This document shows, one piece after another, positions 9,667 to 18,358 of a stretch of DNA of 64,000 bases; position 1 is the stretch's first letter; every line of letters begins with the position of its first letter. The notes under the pieces were generated by a model. That model was not told the origin of the DNA. It worked only from the letters and a program-made list of their open reading frames with translations, and did no database searches. Made by a program: the position numbers and the translations under genes. The DNA comes from Bacteroidota bacterium (lineage in GTDB: Bacteria > Bacteroidota > Bacteroidia > Bacteroidales > FEN-979), in contig JAPLDO010000233.1 in assembly GCA_026391715.1 (NCBI GenBank), positions 1,790 to 65,789 of the forward strand. The letters are read 5' to 3'.

Positions 9667-11343
9667 TCAGTCGACTAACTTTGTAGCCGGTAAAATCATT
9701 CCGTCAAATGTTGAATTTAACGACTCTGCTTTCCCTTCTTTGTTTAAAACGAATGAAATCTTACTGGCAACTTCCATTGCAAAATAATCTAATTCACCTG
9801 TGGGCAGCAATTCGTATTTAGGCATATATGGCGTTAATACAAATAATTTGTCATTCTCTTTTATTATCTCAATTACGTAATTATTTCCAAAATCATATTT
9901 ACCAGTCAATTTATCATAAAAGTCAGGATTAATTTTTATAGGAGTTTCATCTTTAAGTCTGGTCGCTTCAAAAAAATCACCGTTTTGATATTGAAATAAA
10001 CGATCAACAATTGAGTATCTGTCTGATACGAATTTAATTTTTGCATTCCGGGCCTTGAAATAAAATTCATTTTCAGAAATGGGGGTCAATGGACTTGCTT
10101 CCATAGCTGTCATTTGTCCAAATAATTGTTTGTCTTTCAATGTTACCCATAAGGCCATCCCTTGCCCGTAATTATACCTGCCCACATATTTTTTCAAAAT
10201 GTTTTCGCTAACAATCGTGTCCACGCCAATACGCTGATTTTCGATTTTATCCTGGAGTATAAATTCAAATATTGCCTGACCATTTAATGTTGGATGAATA
10301 CCTTCCGGTGACGGAAGAGAGTTTAATAAAACACAAACGGTAAGCTTGTTTTCCGGCTGGCGTCCAAGAAATGCGCTAAAACCAGAGACGCCACCTGAAT
10401 GTTGAATAAATTTAAGTCCCCTGTTAGTAATTAAGAACCAACCAAACCCATAGTCAACCTTGCTGCCACTGTTTAAACCCGCCTGTGTGAAAGCTGCTTT
10501 TAAAGTGGCATTTGATAATACTTTTTCATTAAAAATAGCCTCGTTCCATTTGTACAAATCCTTTGTGGTGGAATAAATACTTCCAACTCCCAAAGTCCAC
10601 GACATTTCCTGAAAGTCAGCTTTCTTGACCTTTCCACCATTCATACTGTATCCTTGCGCTTCGTTATTCAATACAATATTGGTTTCGTAGATACCTGAAT
10701 TTTTCATACCCAAAGGTTTGAAAAAAGTTTCGTTCAGATATTCACCTAAAGTTTTACCTGAAAGTTGCGCAACGATATAACCTAAGATAAAATAACCGGA
10801 ATTGTTATACAGGTATCGTTCTCCCGGATTGAAATCGTATGGAAGTTTTTTAATGATATCAAGTAATGCCTGAGGAGTAACAGGCTTGGTCATATCCAAA
10901 TTAGGTGTAGAATTATAATCATGGATTCCGGAAGTATGCGTAAGAAGTTGATAAATCGTTACTTCATTTCCGCGTGGAAAATCGGGGATGTACTTTGATA
11001 ATTTATCCTCTGTCTTTATCTTGCCTTCTTCCTGAAGTTTGAGAATAGCAACAGCCGTAAATTGTTTTGAAATAGAACCTATTTTGAATTTTGTATCAGG
11101 CGTAACAGGAATTTTCTTTTCAATATCTGCATACCCAAATCCTTTTTGGTAAATTATATCTCCGTTTTGGGAAACCAATACAGAAGCTCCCGGCATTGTG
11201 TCAATCTGTAAACTTCTAAATATGTGCGAAATATAGTAATCTAAGGAGGGTATTCTATTCTTTTCCTGAGCTTGCAGGTTAATACCTGCCAGAAGGTTAA
11301 TCAAAATGATTGCAGACGAAACAAATCCAACTATTTTTTTCAT
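9667..11343 (-). CDS. Serine hydrolase, beta-lactamase/AmpC-like (peptidase S12) with C-terminal DUF3471-like domains
   Basis: Signal peptide; SxxK (GSISKQF), LLTHTSG, YxN (YLYNNSGY), HSGG; two C-terminal KYVGRY/KLTGKY modules. Confidence 0.88.
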   Translation of the reverse strand: MKKIVGFVSSAIILINLLAGINLQAQEKNRIPSLDYYISHIFRSLQIDTMPGASVLVSQNGDIIYQKGFGYADIEKKIPVTPDTKFKIGSISKQFTAVAILKLQEEGKIKTEDKLSKYIPDFPRGNEVTIYQLLTHTSGIHDYNSTPNLDMTKPVTPQALLDIIKKLPYDFNPGERYLYNNSGYFILGYIVAQLSGKTLGEYLNETFFKPLGMKNSGIYETNIVLNNEAQGYSMNGGKVKKADFQEMSWTLGVGSIYSTTKDLYKWNEAIFNEKVLSNATLKAAFTQAGLNSGSKVDYGFGWFLITNRGLKFIQHSGGVSGFSAFLGRQPENKLTVCVLLNSLPSPEGIHPTLNGQAIFEFILQDKIENQRIGVDTIVSENILKKYVGRYNYGQGMALWVTLKDKQLFGQMTAMEASPLTPISENEFYFKARNAKIKFVSDRYSIVDRLFQYQNGDFFEATRLKDETPIKINPDFYDKLTGKYDFGNNYVIEIIKENDKLFVLTPYMPKYELLPTGELDYFAMEVASKISFVLNKEGKAESLNSTFDGMILPATKLVD

Positions 11344-11418
11344 AATTACTATTTTAAAGATTACTTTTTGAGTTCATTATCAATTTATTATGATGGATCA
11401 GCATGATGCCGCAGAACA

Positions 11419-12726
11419 TTAATTTTTATTGATTCCTTTCCAATCAATCTTTCTTGAGTAATACATTACGATGGTCAAAATGACAAATAGCCCCATGCTC
11501 CCTATCAATAGGGCATAATCTTGCAACTGAAGGATGACGAAAATAAAACTATAAAGTATTACTAGATTTCCGCTCACCAAATAAGCCAATTTTTTGTCTC
11601 TAAGGATGCTTCTTGAGTACCAGGTAATTAGCCCGATTGTCATTATACTTGCTATTAAATACGCGAAGTTGAAATATAACTGCTCTGATAACGATAAGAG
11701 CAGAACGTAAAAAATACATAAGGCAAATCCAATGAGTATATACTGCAATGGGTGGATTGAATTGTTATTCAGCAATTCCAGAAAAAAGAAAATCAGAAAT
11801 GTAAGCGCAATAAACAGAATTGCATATTTGATGGAACGATCCGTTTTGGTATAATTATCAACCGGAAGGTATAACATGACGCCAAATGCCGATTCATCGA
11901 CTGAGAATGTTGAATTTAGCCATGATTGTGGATAGTTCCTATTTAAATGAAGCACTTTCCAATTTGCCGAGAAGCCAGTTGATTCAATTTCCCTGCTTAT
12001 TGGTAAAAAAGCGCCATCAAAACTAGGAGTTGCCCATCCGGATGAAATGCTTATTATCGTTTGTTTCCCGACTGGAGTGAAATAGAGATATTGCGAACCT
12101 CTCAATTTTAAATTTATCGAAAAATCGTGGATGTGATTGAGCGAATCCTGGTTATTAATTTGGATTCGGGTGTTGATTCCACTTTTAAAGATGTCAGTTG
12201 TCTCAACTCCGGAATTAAATGAATACTTCGTTGTATCAAAGTTAATGGTAACGCCATTTTCAATTCCGCGCAAATCGGTTATCCCAATCGAAATAAATGC
12301 TTCATTATACAAAATATCTTTTGACTGGATTGAAGGAAGCGATGGATTAAGGTCCGAAAAAGTTCCGTAAATTTCAATATCTGATGTATATACAACGGTT
12401 TCATACATTCCCCGGTATCGTTTTTCAGGCGCTAATTTCCCTTTAATATTTAGTTCCTCAGGAAGTATATGGATGTATTTTTTAGTTTTATGCACTGTCC
12501 CATTGGATTCTCTATAATAGTCCTCGTAGGGGATGGACACAATAGGCCCTGTTAATGTTTGAGCGTTGGCCCATTTGTTGCTTACCTCTGTAAATGCCTC
12601 TTTTTGTCGGGATTGCCTTTCATCCACTAAGGTATTAATGATTAACGTTGGAATAAGAAGCAAGATAATCAAAGCTGTGACTATAAATCCTTTGATCGTA
12701 ATCTGGTTTTTTGATTTCTCAGTCAT
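11419..12726 (-). CDS. creD: Cell envelope integrity inner membrane protein CreD
   Basis: ERQSRQ..W..AQTLTGP, W.TPSFDG.FLP, RSIKYAILFI, IHPLQYILIG, LQDYALLIGS, MYYSRKIDW. Confidence 0.92.
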   Translation of the reverse strand: MTEKSKNQITIKGFIVTALIILLLIPTLIINTLVDERQSRQKEAFTEVSNKWANAQTLTGPIVSIPYEDYYRESNGTVHKTKKYIHILPEELNIKGKLAPEKRYRGMYETVVYTSDIEIYGTFSDLNPSLPSIQSKDILYNEAFISIGITDLRGIENGVTINFDTTKYSFNSGVETTDIFKSGINTRIQINNQDSLNHIHDFSINLKLRGSQYLYFTPVGKQTIISISSGWATPSFDGAFLPISREIESTGFSANWKVLHLNRNYPQSWLNSTFSVDESAFGVMLYLPVDNYTKTDRSIKYAILFIALTFLIFFFLELLNNNSIHPLQYILIGFALCIFYVLLLSLSEQLYFNFAYLIASIMTIGLITWYSRSILRDKKLAYLVSGNLVILYSFIFVILQLQDYALLIGSMGLFVILTIVMYYSRKIDWKGINKN

Positions 12727-12747
12727 TTTATTATCCGTTAATTGATA

Positions 12748-12835
12748 GTTGCCAATGCCTTGCCAGCAGCCGCCAGTGCGGGTTTTACTTGTTGCATCGT
12801 TGCTTTTCCTCTGTCGCTAATCGGTTGGGCAGGTT
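12748..12835 (-). repeat. attC-like site D (truncated; right arm only, GTT mutated to ATT)
   Basis: gccaatgccttgccagcagccgccagtgcgggttttacttgttgcatcgttgcttttcct aligns with site F (gccaacgtgccaccggcagccgcagtgcgggatttacttgttttatgtttgcttttcct); left arm absent. Confidence 0.7.
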
Positions 12836-12849
12836 TTCCCTCATTTTTG

Positions 12850-14124
12850 TTATTTTTTCAGAAACTGATCGAACCAATTTTTCGCATGTATCACTGAATA
12901 TATGAAAGTTGCACGATGATCGGCTTTATCTCCTGCATAAACAGCGGTTGTGGGTCCACCGCCCAAAACTTTTTGAAAAGTTTCAGGAAGTCTTGCTATA
13001 AAAACCGGAACCACCTCGTCAGAGCCACCATAATAATTATACAAAGGCGTATGACTGCGCCAGCGGTATGCCTGACTTTTATCTAAAACTTGCCAATATG
13101 GACTTTCGCATGTGTTCCCGCTTGCCAGGAACTCAGGCTTAAGATAATCCTGCAGTTTGTCTTTGGTAAGTTTTCTGAAAGTCGCCCAATCTATTTTGCT
13201 GTTGTAAAAATCGATGGATGCCTGAAGATACTCGGGGCGAATTGCCGAGGCAGTTAATCCAACCTGTTGGTGATAATATTCCTGTGCCTGAATCTGCAAT
13301 GTTATACAACCCGGAAGATAAACAGCATCAATTGGTTGATAATTATTAAACCATCGGTCATACATTACAAGTCCATCTGCCGGAGCGCTTGCTGTTGCAG
13401 TTGCTGTTACGGTAATTCCTAAAGATTCCAATTTTTGCAGTAAGACCAGTGTAGCCCAGCCGCCCTGCGACCATCCGGTTAAAAATAATGGACCCTGCTT
13501 GATTTTTTTTGAGGTCAGGATGCTATTGGCTGCAAATAACATATCAACACAGGCCTGTTGAGCGCTGTTTAAAACAAGGTAGCTGTCGGGAAGGTCAGAC
13601 ATTCCTTTTCCAAAATAATCAGCGCATACAACAATATAACCCTGCGATGCAAACCGCGAAACTATGATTTTTGTCTCCATTGAATTTTCCGGGAAAGATG
13701 GCGCTTCGGTTTTGGAAAATGTTGTTCCATGTTGATACATCAACAATGGCATAGAATCTGAACCATTTTCAGGAATAGCAATTAATCCGGAAGCAACTAC
13801 TGGCCTGTTGGAGAGTTCAGGTATTACTGAATTATATTTTACACGATACAATTTTACAGGATATGTTGCAGGCGGGAAACTGTCGTTATATGCCTTGGAA
13901 CCAACCGTGGAAGTCTGTAAAAAATCTTCGAGATCTTTCTTGAAAACTTCGTTTAGTTTATGGGTGTCATAAGTTCCGATTAATTGGTATTGAACGCCGG
14001 ACGATACTTTAATATAATCATTGTCAGCTTGTCCGAAGGACTGCGGCAAGAAACCGATGATTAAATTGAAACAAAGGACACAAGCCCCAATTCCTGTTTT
14101 GATACTACCACTTATAATTTTCAT
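12850..14124 (-). CDS. Secreted alpha/beta hydrolase (lipase/esterase-like)
   Basis: Signal peptide; YQHGT, ADYFGKG, nucleophile elbow GWSQGG, DEVVP and late His (ADH). Confidence 0.85.
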   Translation of the reverse strand: MKIISGSIKTGIGACVLCFNLIIGFLPQSFGQADNDYIKVSSGVQYQLIGTYDTHKLNEVFKKDLEDFLQTSTVGSKAYNDSFPPATYPVKLYRVKYNSVIPELSNRPVVASGLIAIPENGSDSMPLLMYQHGTTFSKTEAPSFPENSMETKIIVSRFASQGYIVVCADYFGKGMSDLPDSYLVLNSAQQACVDMLFAANSILTSKKIKQGPLFLTGWSQGGWATLVLLQKLESLGITVTATATASAPADGLVMYDRWFNNYQPIDAVYLPGCITLQIQAQEYYHQQVGLTASAIRPEYLQASIDFYNSKIDWATFRKLTKDKLQDYLKPEFLASGNTCESPYWQVLDKSQAYRWRSHTPLYNYYGGSDEVVPVFIARLPETFQKVLGGGPTTAVYAGDKADHRATFIYSVIHAKNWFDQFLKK

Positions 14125-14272
14125 AATTATCAGTTTTGATGTTGTTTCATTGATAGAAAATTGTACAGGTTACCAATCTGACATTTTGTAAAATAATGGA
14201 AATGCATTTTTGTCGGTGACCATCCTAAGAAATAATTTCAATTTATATATTTGCCCTTTGGCCATTATTATT

Positions 14273-14873
14273 GTCGGGTAACGCAGGCGGGTTACCCTGC
14301 CCTTGTCCCCTAAGAACCGTACTTGATAGTTTCCCATCATACGGCTCAGTCTCTCCAAAGGCGGATTAAACCACCCGGCAATTTACAATATATTCAGTTC
14401 ACAAATCTGTACCTAAACCTTTTGACGAAGTAATTATCCCAGGAAGTATCGAAAGGATTAGCGTTTCCATTAATGAGCCGATGACGTTTGATATGGAAGT
14501 AGCCAAACATGCGAGGCAAGATAATCTTACCGATGTGTGTAATTTTGGTTTTCTCCGGTGATAAGAGTAACCCCCTTGTACTCGTATAAAACATACTTGC
14601 ATCCTGTCTTCTTGCCATTTTGGCCAATGTGTATCAACAACTTTCACATTTTCGCTGCATGACGGTACGTCGCCGGCAGTTTATATGTTTTCACCATACC
14701 ACCAAAGCCGACGCCTTTCAGAATGTTGTTCTGTCAGGGAATCTTGTTCCGGCAGCTTCACACCCCAATGTTGCCATTGACGCATGTGCCGGTAGGCTAC
14801 TCATGATGGAACATGAGATTAAATCACTCTTATAAAGAACGTTTAAAGTTATTTGAACGGCCTCGTGCCGCAC
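14273..14873 (-). mobile_element. Internally deleted group II intron (601 nt) retaining both termini
   Basis: 5' GTGCG at 14873; domain V GAGCCGTATGATGGGAAACTATCAAGTACGGTTC; domain VI hairpin ending ...TTACCCGAC at 14273; RT/maturase relics inside. Confidence 0.88.
14394..14627 (-). pseudogene. Fused relics of a group II intron reverse transcriptase/maturase
   Basis: RGLLLSPEKTKITHI (end of RT palm) joined directly to HIKRHRLINGNANPFDTSWDNYFVKR (C-terminal maturase region); no YADD motif. Confidence 0.82.
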
Positions 14874-14883
14874 TTCTAATTGA

Positions 14884-15022
14884 GCCTAACGATTGAGGCT
14901 ATATGCAGTTAGGTATTGCGGGTTAAACATCTGTCTGCCGACACCGAAGTTTGGGCGGGTCAGGATGCTTGACATACAACCGAAACCCTTATTGCATATA
15001 GCCTTCGTTAGCGTTTCGTTGT
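14884..15022 (-). repeat. attC-like site E (end of Fic cassette), intact
   Basis: Minus: AAACGCTAAC-ga-AGGCTATATGCA...TGCATATAGCCT-caatc-GTTAGGC; 12-bp perfect stem. Confidence 0.85.
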
Positions 15023-15086
15023 TTTCTATTTTGTCGTTTCGCTTTTCATTTTTTTGTTGTGTCCTGCCCCTTTTGCCGTTTTTTCT

Positions 15087-15968
15087 TTAATCATTTTCTT
15101 CGTAATAATATGAGTAGTCAATTCCTTTCATAAACATTTCGCGGTCGTTTATTTTAGTGGTAAGCGCTTTTTCCAAAAGTGTTTTTAGAACACTACTTTG
15201 GATTGGACTTAACATCATTGCGTTCATGTAATCTCGCTTGCTTATTTTACTCCAATCTACGCATTTTTTGAGGCGTTTTTTTAATATCAAATCCAACCAT
15301 ATTCGGGCGCTTCTGCCGTTGCCTTCCATAAAAGGGTGTGCAATGTTCATTACTATATATTTGTTTACGATTTCGTCAAATGTAGTTTCGGTCATTGCTT
15401 CTATTTGCATTAATGTGTCGCCTAAAAAGCGCGATACGGCAAATTGAAAACCACCTTTTGAAATATTTTTTTGTCTGATTTGTCCCGCAAAATCATACAA
15501 TCCGCCAAACAAATAAGCGTGTATTTGTTGCAAACCTTTAGTTGTGCCAACTTCTATGCTGTTGATAAAAGAACTTTCAAACATGGCATACGCTTTTGTT
15601 TTGCTTTTTCCATCTATGCTTTCATCGCTGTACGTAAACCATTCTATAAATCGGTTTGCCTTTTTGCTCGGAAATTCTTTGCCTAAGGCAATAATACCGG
15701 CGTAATCCAACATATCGCTTAAATATCGTTTACCGTCGCTTGCTAAAAGTTTCAGTTGGGTAGTGGCGCTAACCAACTCGCTGGTTTCTTTTTTTATTTT
15801 GGCTTTAAGGTATTTCCAATAGTTGCGGGTTTTGGTGTAGTCGTCTTGGTCGGTAAGCAAAGCTACAATATCCAACACACTAAACCACCACTTGGCGTTT
15901 TGTTCGTCCCAAACGGCTCGCACTTCGCGGTCGTCAAAAAAACGTATGGATATTTTTGTATTACTCAT
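15087..15968 (-). CDS. fic: Fic family protein (adenylyltransferase) with N-terminal BRO-N-like domain
   Basis: Canonical Fic motif [12 protein letters not shown]; N-terminus [26 protein letters not shown]...RNYWKYLK is BRO-N-like. Confidence 0.88.
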   Translation of the reverse strand: MSNTKISIRFFDDREVRAVWDEQNAKWWFSVLDIVALLTDQDDYTKTRNYWKYLKAKIKKETSELVSATTQLKLLASDGKRYLSDMLDYAGIIALGKEFPSKKANRFIEWFTYSDESIDGKSKTKAYAMFESSFINSIEVGTTKGLQQIHAYLFGGLYDFAGQIRQKNISKGGFQFAVSRFLGDTLMQIEAMTETTFDEIVNKYIVMNIAHPFMEGNGRSARIWLDLILKKRLKKCVDWSKISKRDYMNAMMLSPIQSSVLKTLLEKALTTKINDREMFMKGIDYSYYYEEND

Positions 15969-16060
15969 AATTTTAATGTTAACCATTCTGTCACGCTGTA
16001 ATTATTCGTGCAACGTTATGTTAATTTTTATCTTGTAGTTGAAGTCTGCGGCGTCACGTT

Positions 16061-16210
16061 ACAATAAACGCCAACGTGCCACCGGCAGCCGCAGTGCGGG
16101 ATTTACTTGTTTTATGTTTGCTTTTCCTTTATCGTTTATAGGTTTGGTGAATGCCCGCCTCCGGAAACCGCCCGCAATGCCCGGCTGCCAGTTCGTTACC
16201 TGCAAGGGTT
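16061..16210 (-). repeat. attC-like site F, intact
   Basis: Minus: GGTAAC-ga-ACTGGCAGCCGggCATTGCGGG...CCCGCACTGCGGCTGCCGGT-ggcac-GTTGGCG. Confidence 0.82.
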
Positions 16211-16230
16211 CATTATTCAGTGTGTTTTGA

Positions 16231-16530
16231 TCATAATTTAACGACTTTCTCCGTAAACAATAATTTATTGTCAGATGAAAACACATTTATGACATAGCTT
16301 CCAGGTTTAAGGTCTGCAACTGATATCCTATTCTCAAGGGTTCTAATTGTATTGCAAGTCTTACCCCCCGAGTCAGTAATGACAATGTTTTTGATTCCAT
16401 TAATTGAAATTGTCAGCAGATTACTTGTCGGATTTGGGTAAATCACATACTCGGTTAATGATACATTTTCAACAACGGGTCTCATACTGTTTTTAATGAC
16501 TTTTTTAGTAATCGATTTATGAGTCCCCAA
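16231..16530 (-). pseudogene. 3' fragment of a T9SS type A sorting-domain protein
   Basis: IYPNPTSNLLTI...DLKPGSYVINV...TEKVVKL is a T9SS CTD; no signal peptide, and the frame begins where site G is cut. Confidence 0.75.
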
Positions 16531-16531
16531 A

Positions 16532-16596
16532 CTGCAATTTTGGTAGCAGAAAACCGCTGATTGCGCTGGTTTTGCAGGCTTGTTACCAACAGCACT
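16532..16596 (-). repeat. attC-like site G (left arm only; end of higBA cassette)
   Basis: Minus: GTTGGTAAC-aa-GCCTGCAAAACCAGCGC...ttctgctaccaaaattgcag, homologous to site A up to 'ttgcag', then breaks. Confidence 0.75.
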
Positions 16597-16602
16597 TGGT
16601 TA

Positions 16603-16908
16603 TTACAAAATTGTCAAACGAATCTTTTTGCCAAGCCCAGTCTCAAATATCTTGAATAAGGTTGATAATTGAATGTCGGCTTTTCCGTTTTCAAGTCTGG
16701 AAATATAACTTTTCTTCGTCCCTATTTTGTCTGCTAATTGTTCCTGTGTAATATGGGCTTCTTTTCTTGCTTCTTTTAACATTTCTGAAATAATAAAAAA
16801 ATTCGCTTTGGCATCATACGCGTCTCGTAACGAAGTGCCTACTTTGCCATACTTTATATCCAAGAGTTCATCGAATGTTTTAGCGTTTCTTATTGCTTGT
16901 TCTTCCAT
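16603..16908 (-). CDS. higA: XRE/HTH antitoxin (HigA-like)
   Basis: LKEARKEAHITQEQLADKIGTKKSYISRLENGKADIQLSTL; downstream of a RelE-family toxin. Confidence 0.85.
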   Translation of the reverse strand: MEEQAIRNAKTFDELLDIKYGKVGTSLRDAYDAKANFFIISEMLKEARKEAHITQEQLADKIGTKKSYISRLENGKADIQLSTLFKIFETGLGKKIRLTIL

Positions 16909-17260
16909 TTTCCTTAGTTTTTGAACTTTTAAAATATTCCCGCTTCAGTCGGAGGGCTTTCTCAATTTCTTTCAAAGGTGTTTTCTGTGTCTTTTTTTGA
17001 AATCCGCTGAATAAAACAACAATATTTCCCTCATCGAAGCAGCAGAAAATTCTGTATATATTTGAACTGTATCCTACTTTCACTTCATAGAGGCCATCAG
17101 TACCTTCAATTAGGCTGAGAAATTTCTTAGAAACTCTCTCAGCCTACCTGATTATTCGCAGCACAAATTCTATCTTCTCCTGAACCCTTGTCGTTTGTTC
17201 AAGATAGAAATCAGCAAAGTTGCTGCCATGAAATATGATTATTCTTTCAACAAATTTCAC
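16880..17260 (-). pseudogene. higB: RelE/ParE-family (HigB/Gp49-like) toxin with an in-frame TAG
   Basis: GTG 17260: VKFVERIIIFHGSNFADFYLEQTTRVQEKIEFVLRIIR*AERVSKKFLSLIEGTDGLYEVKVGYSSNIYRIFCCFDEG...GFQKKTQKTP; TAG at 17144-17146. Confidence 0.85.
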
Positions 17261-17264
17261 ATTA

Positions 17265-17290
17265 CAAAGTTAACGGTAAAGTCAACATTT
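17265..17290 (-). promoter_or_regulatory. higBA promoter (-7 TAACTTTG) with overlapping palindromic operator
   Basis: TAACTTTG (17265-17272) matches the Bacteroidota TAnnTTTG element; overlaps GTTAAC-N6-GTCAAC. Confidence 0.55.
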
Positions 17291-17325
17291 CCTAATTTTC
17301 GTTAACAGTATGATCCTGTTTTTTT

Positions 17326-17439
17326 AGGGTTGTTGCTAACGGTTAAGGTATTGCCACAGTGCCGTCCGCTCAAATGTTTCAAGTTACCACAAAACTTTCT
17401 GGCGGCATTGTGGCAATACCTGCGTGATGTGTTCGTGCT
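17326..17439 (-). repeat. attC-like site H (end of R-M cassette)
   Basis: Minus: ACATCAC-gc-AGGTATTGCCACAATGCCG...CGGCACTGTGGCAATACCT-taacc-GTTAGCAAC; 18/19 stem. Confidence 0.85.
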
Positions 17440-17467
17440 TTTATTTTCCTTTGGTCTGTCGTTTGAA

Positions 17468-18358
17468 TTACATTGTCGCTTTCTTTCTTGTTCGTTTATA
17501 TTTCACTTTTGGTTCAAACAAACAATACTGACTTTCCTCAGCAATTTGTTTTGGTAATTTTTGCAGGTAGTTTGAAATAAAAAGTTCTTTTCCTGTTTGG
17601 TCAGAAGTGTCTGTAATATTTCTCATACCATAAGTCAAGTCCCAGGGAATAATGTTTGCGAATGAAAACAAGTCCCGGATATATTCACTGTCGTCATAAG
17701 TAATGAGCCAATTGTGTTTGCAGTTTTTCATTGTATCTGCAAACCGAATGTGGTCAAAAACTTTGTGCAGGTTTCCGTTCTTTCCGTAAAGAGCCGATTT
17801 AGTTGCTGAATGATAAGGCGGGTCAAGAAAAATAAATACATTTTCCCCATCTTGTTTTACTAACTCTTCATAGTCAAGATTAGTGATAGTTGAGCCGTTA
17901 ATTACTTTGGCAAATTGATTAAGTCTTTTAATACTGCTTTCGGTGAAACGACCTGTAAAAGCTCCTTCACTAAAACCACCGCTTAAACTTGTTCCGGAAA
18001 ATGTAATTCGGTTGTAAATAAAAAACGCTGCGGCTCTTTCCAAATCATTAAAGCCTGATATATTTTCATTTAAAAATTTATGTAATTCTTTTCCTATTGT
18101 GAATTTATTTCGCCATTCATAAATTTTATCAATTAAAGTATCTACGTCTCGTTGCGACATTTCCCAAAATTTAAAAAGTTCAAAATAAAGGTCGTTGACC
18201 CAAAACTTTTTATTTGGAAATCGTTGTTTGGCATAAATAAAAATAGAGCCTCCACCTAAAAATGGTTCACGAAACTCTTCAAAATAGGGCAACAGAGTTG
18301 AAATTAAGTCAACGGCTCTGCTTTTGCCTCCAGGGTATCTTAATGGACTTTTTATCAT
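17468..18358 (-). CDS. N6-adenine DNA methyltransferase (Dam/D12 class)
   Basis: SPLRYPGGKS, motif I EPFLGGGS, motif IV FLDPPY, ITYDDS, ELFISNY. Confidence 0.93.
   Translation of the reverse strand: MIKSPLRYPGGKSRAVDLISTLLPYFEEFREPFLGGGSIFIYAKQRFPNKKFWVNDLYFELFKFWEMSQRDVDTLIDKIYEWRNKFTIGKELHKFLNENISGFNDLERAAAFFIYNRITFSGTSLSGGFSEGAFTGRFTESSIKRLNQFAKVINGSTITNLDYEELVKQDGENVFIFLDPPYHSATKSALYGKNGNLHKVFDHIRFADTMKNCKHNWLITYDDSEYIRDLFSFANIIPWDLTYGMRNITDTSDQTGKELFISNYLQKLPKQIAEESQYCLFEPKVKYKRTRKKATM

Noticed and set aside
11344-11418. Possible additional cassette site between creD and the serine hydrolase
   Set aside because: No TAAC/GTT cores and no convincing stem; at most a fully eroded relic.
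14170-14358. 62-aa ORF MERLSRMMGNYQVRFLGDKG...
   Set aside because: This is a translation of group II intron domains V-VI running into flanking DNA, a common false ORF.
14273-14873. Class C (IIC-attC) intron, or an active retroelement/retron/DGR
   Set aside because: Domain V is the full 34-nt AGC type, and the RT is reduced to two short relics with no YADD motif.
17144-17146. Amber recoding (alternative genetic code or pyrrolysine)
   Set aside because: TAG is the normal stop of full-length genes in this window (GH30 at 6069, nrtR at 28094, GH144 at 37840); a nonsense mutation is simpler.
7563-17439. Cassette-boundary hairpins read as simple Rho-independent terminators or REPs
   Set aside because: No U-tract follows the stems, the spacer geometry is fixed, and complementarity runs between the two ends of each cassette, which terminators and REPs would not produce.
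14893-17557. Short ORFs 14893-15090, 16039-16230, 16059-16286, 17330-17557 (also 7565-7801 and 12711-12905)
   Set aside because: They overlie the attC-like hairpins and have no protein features.
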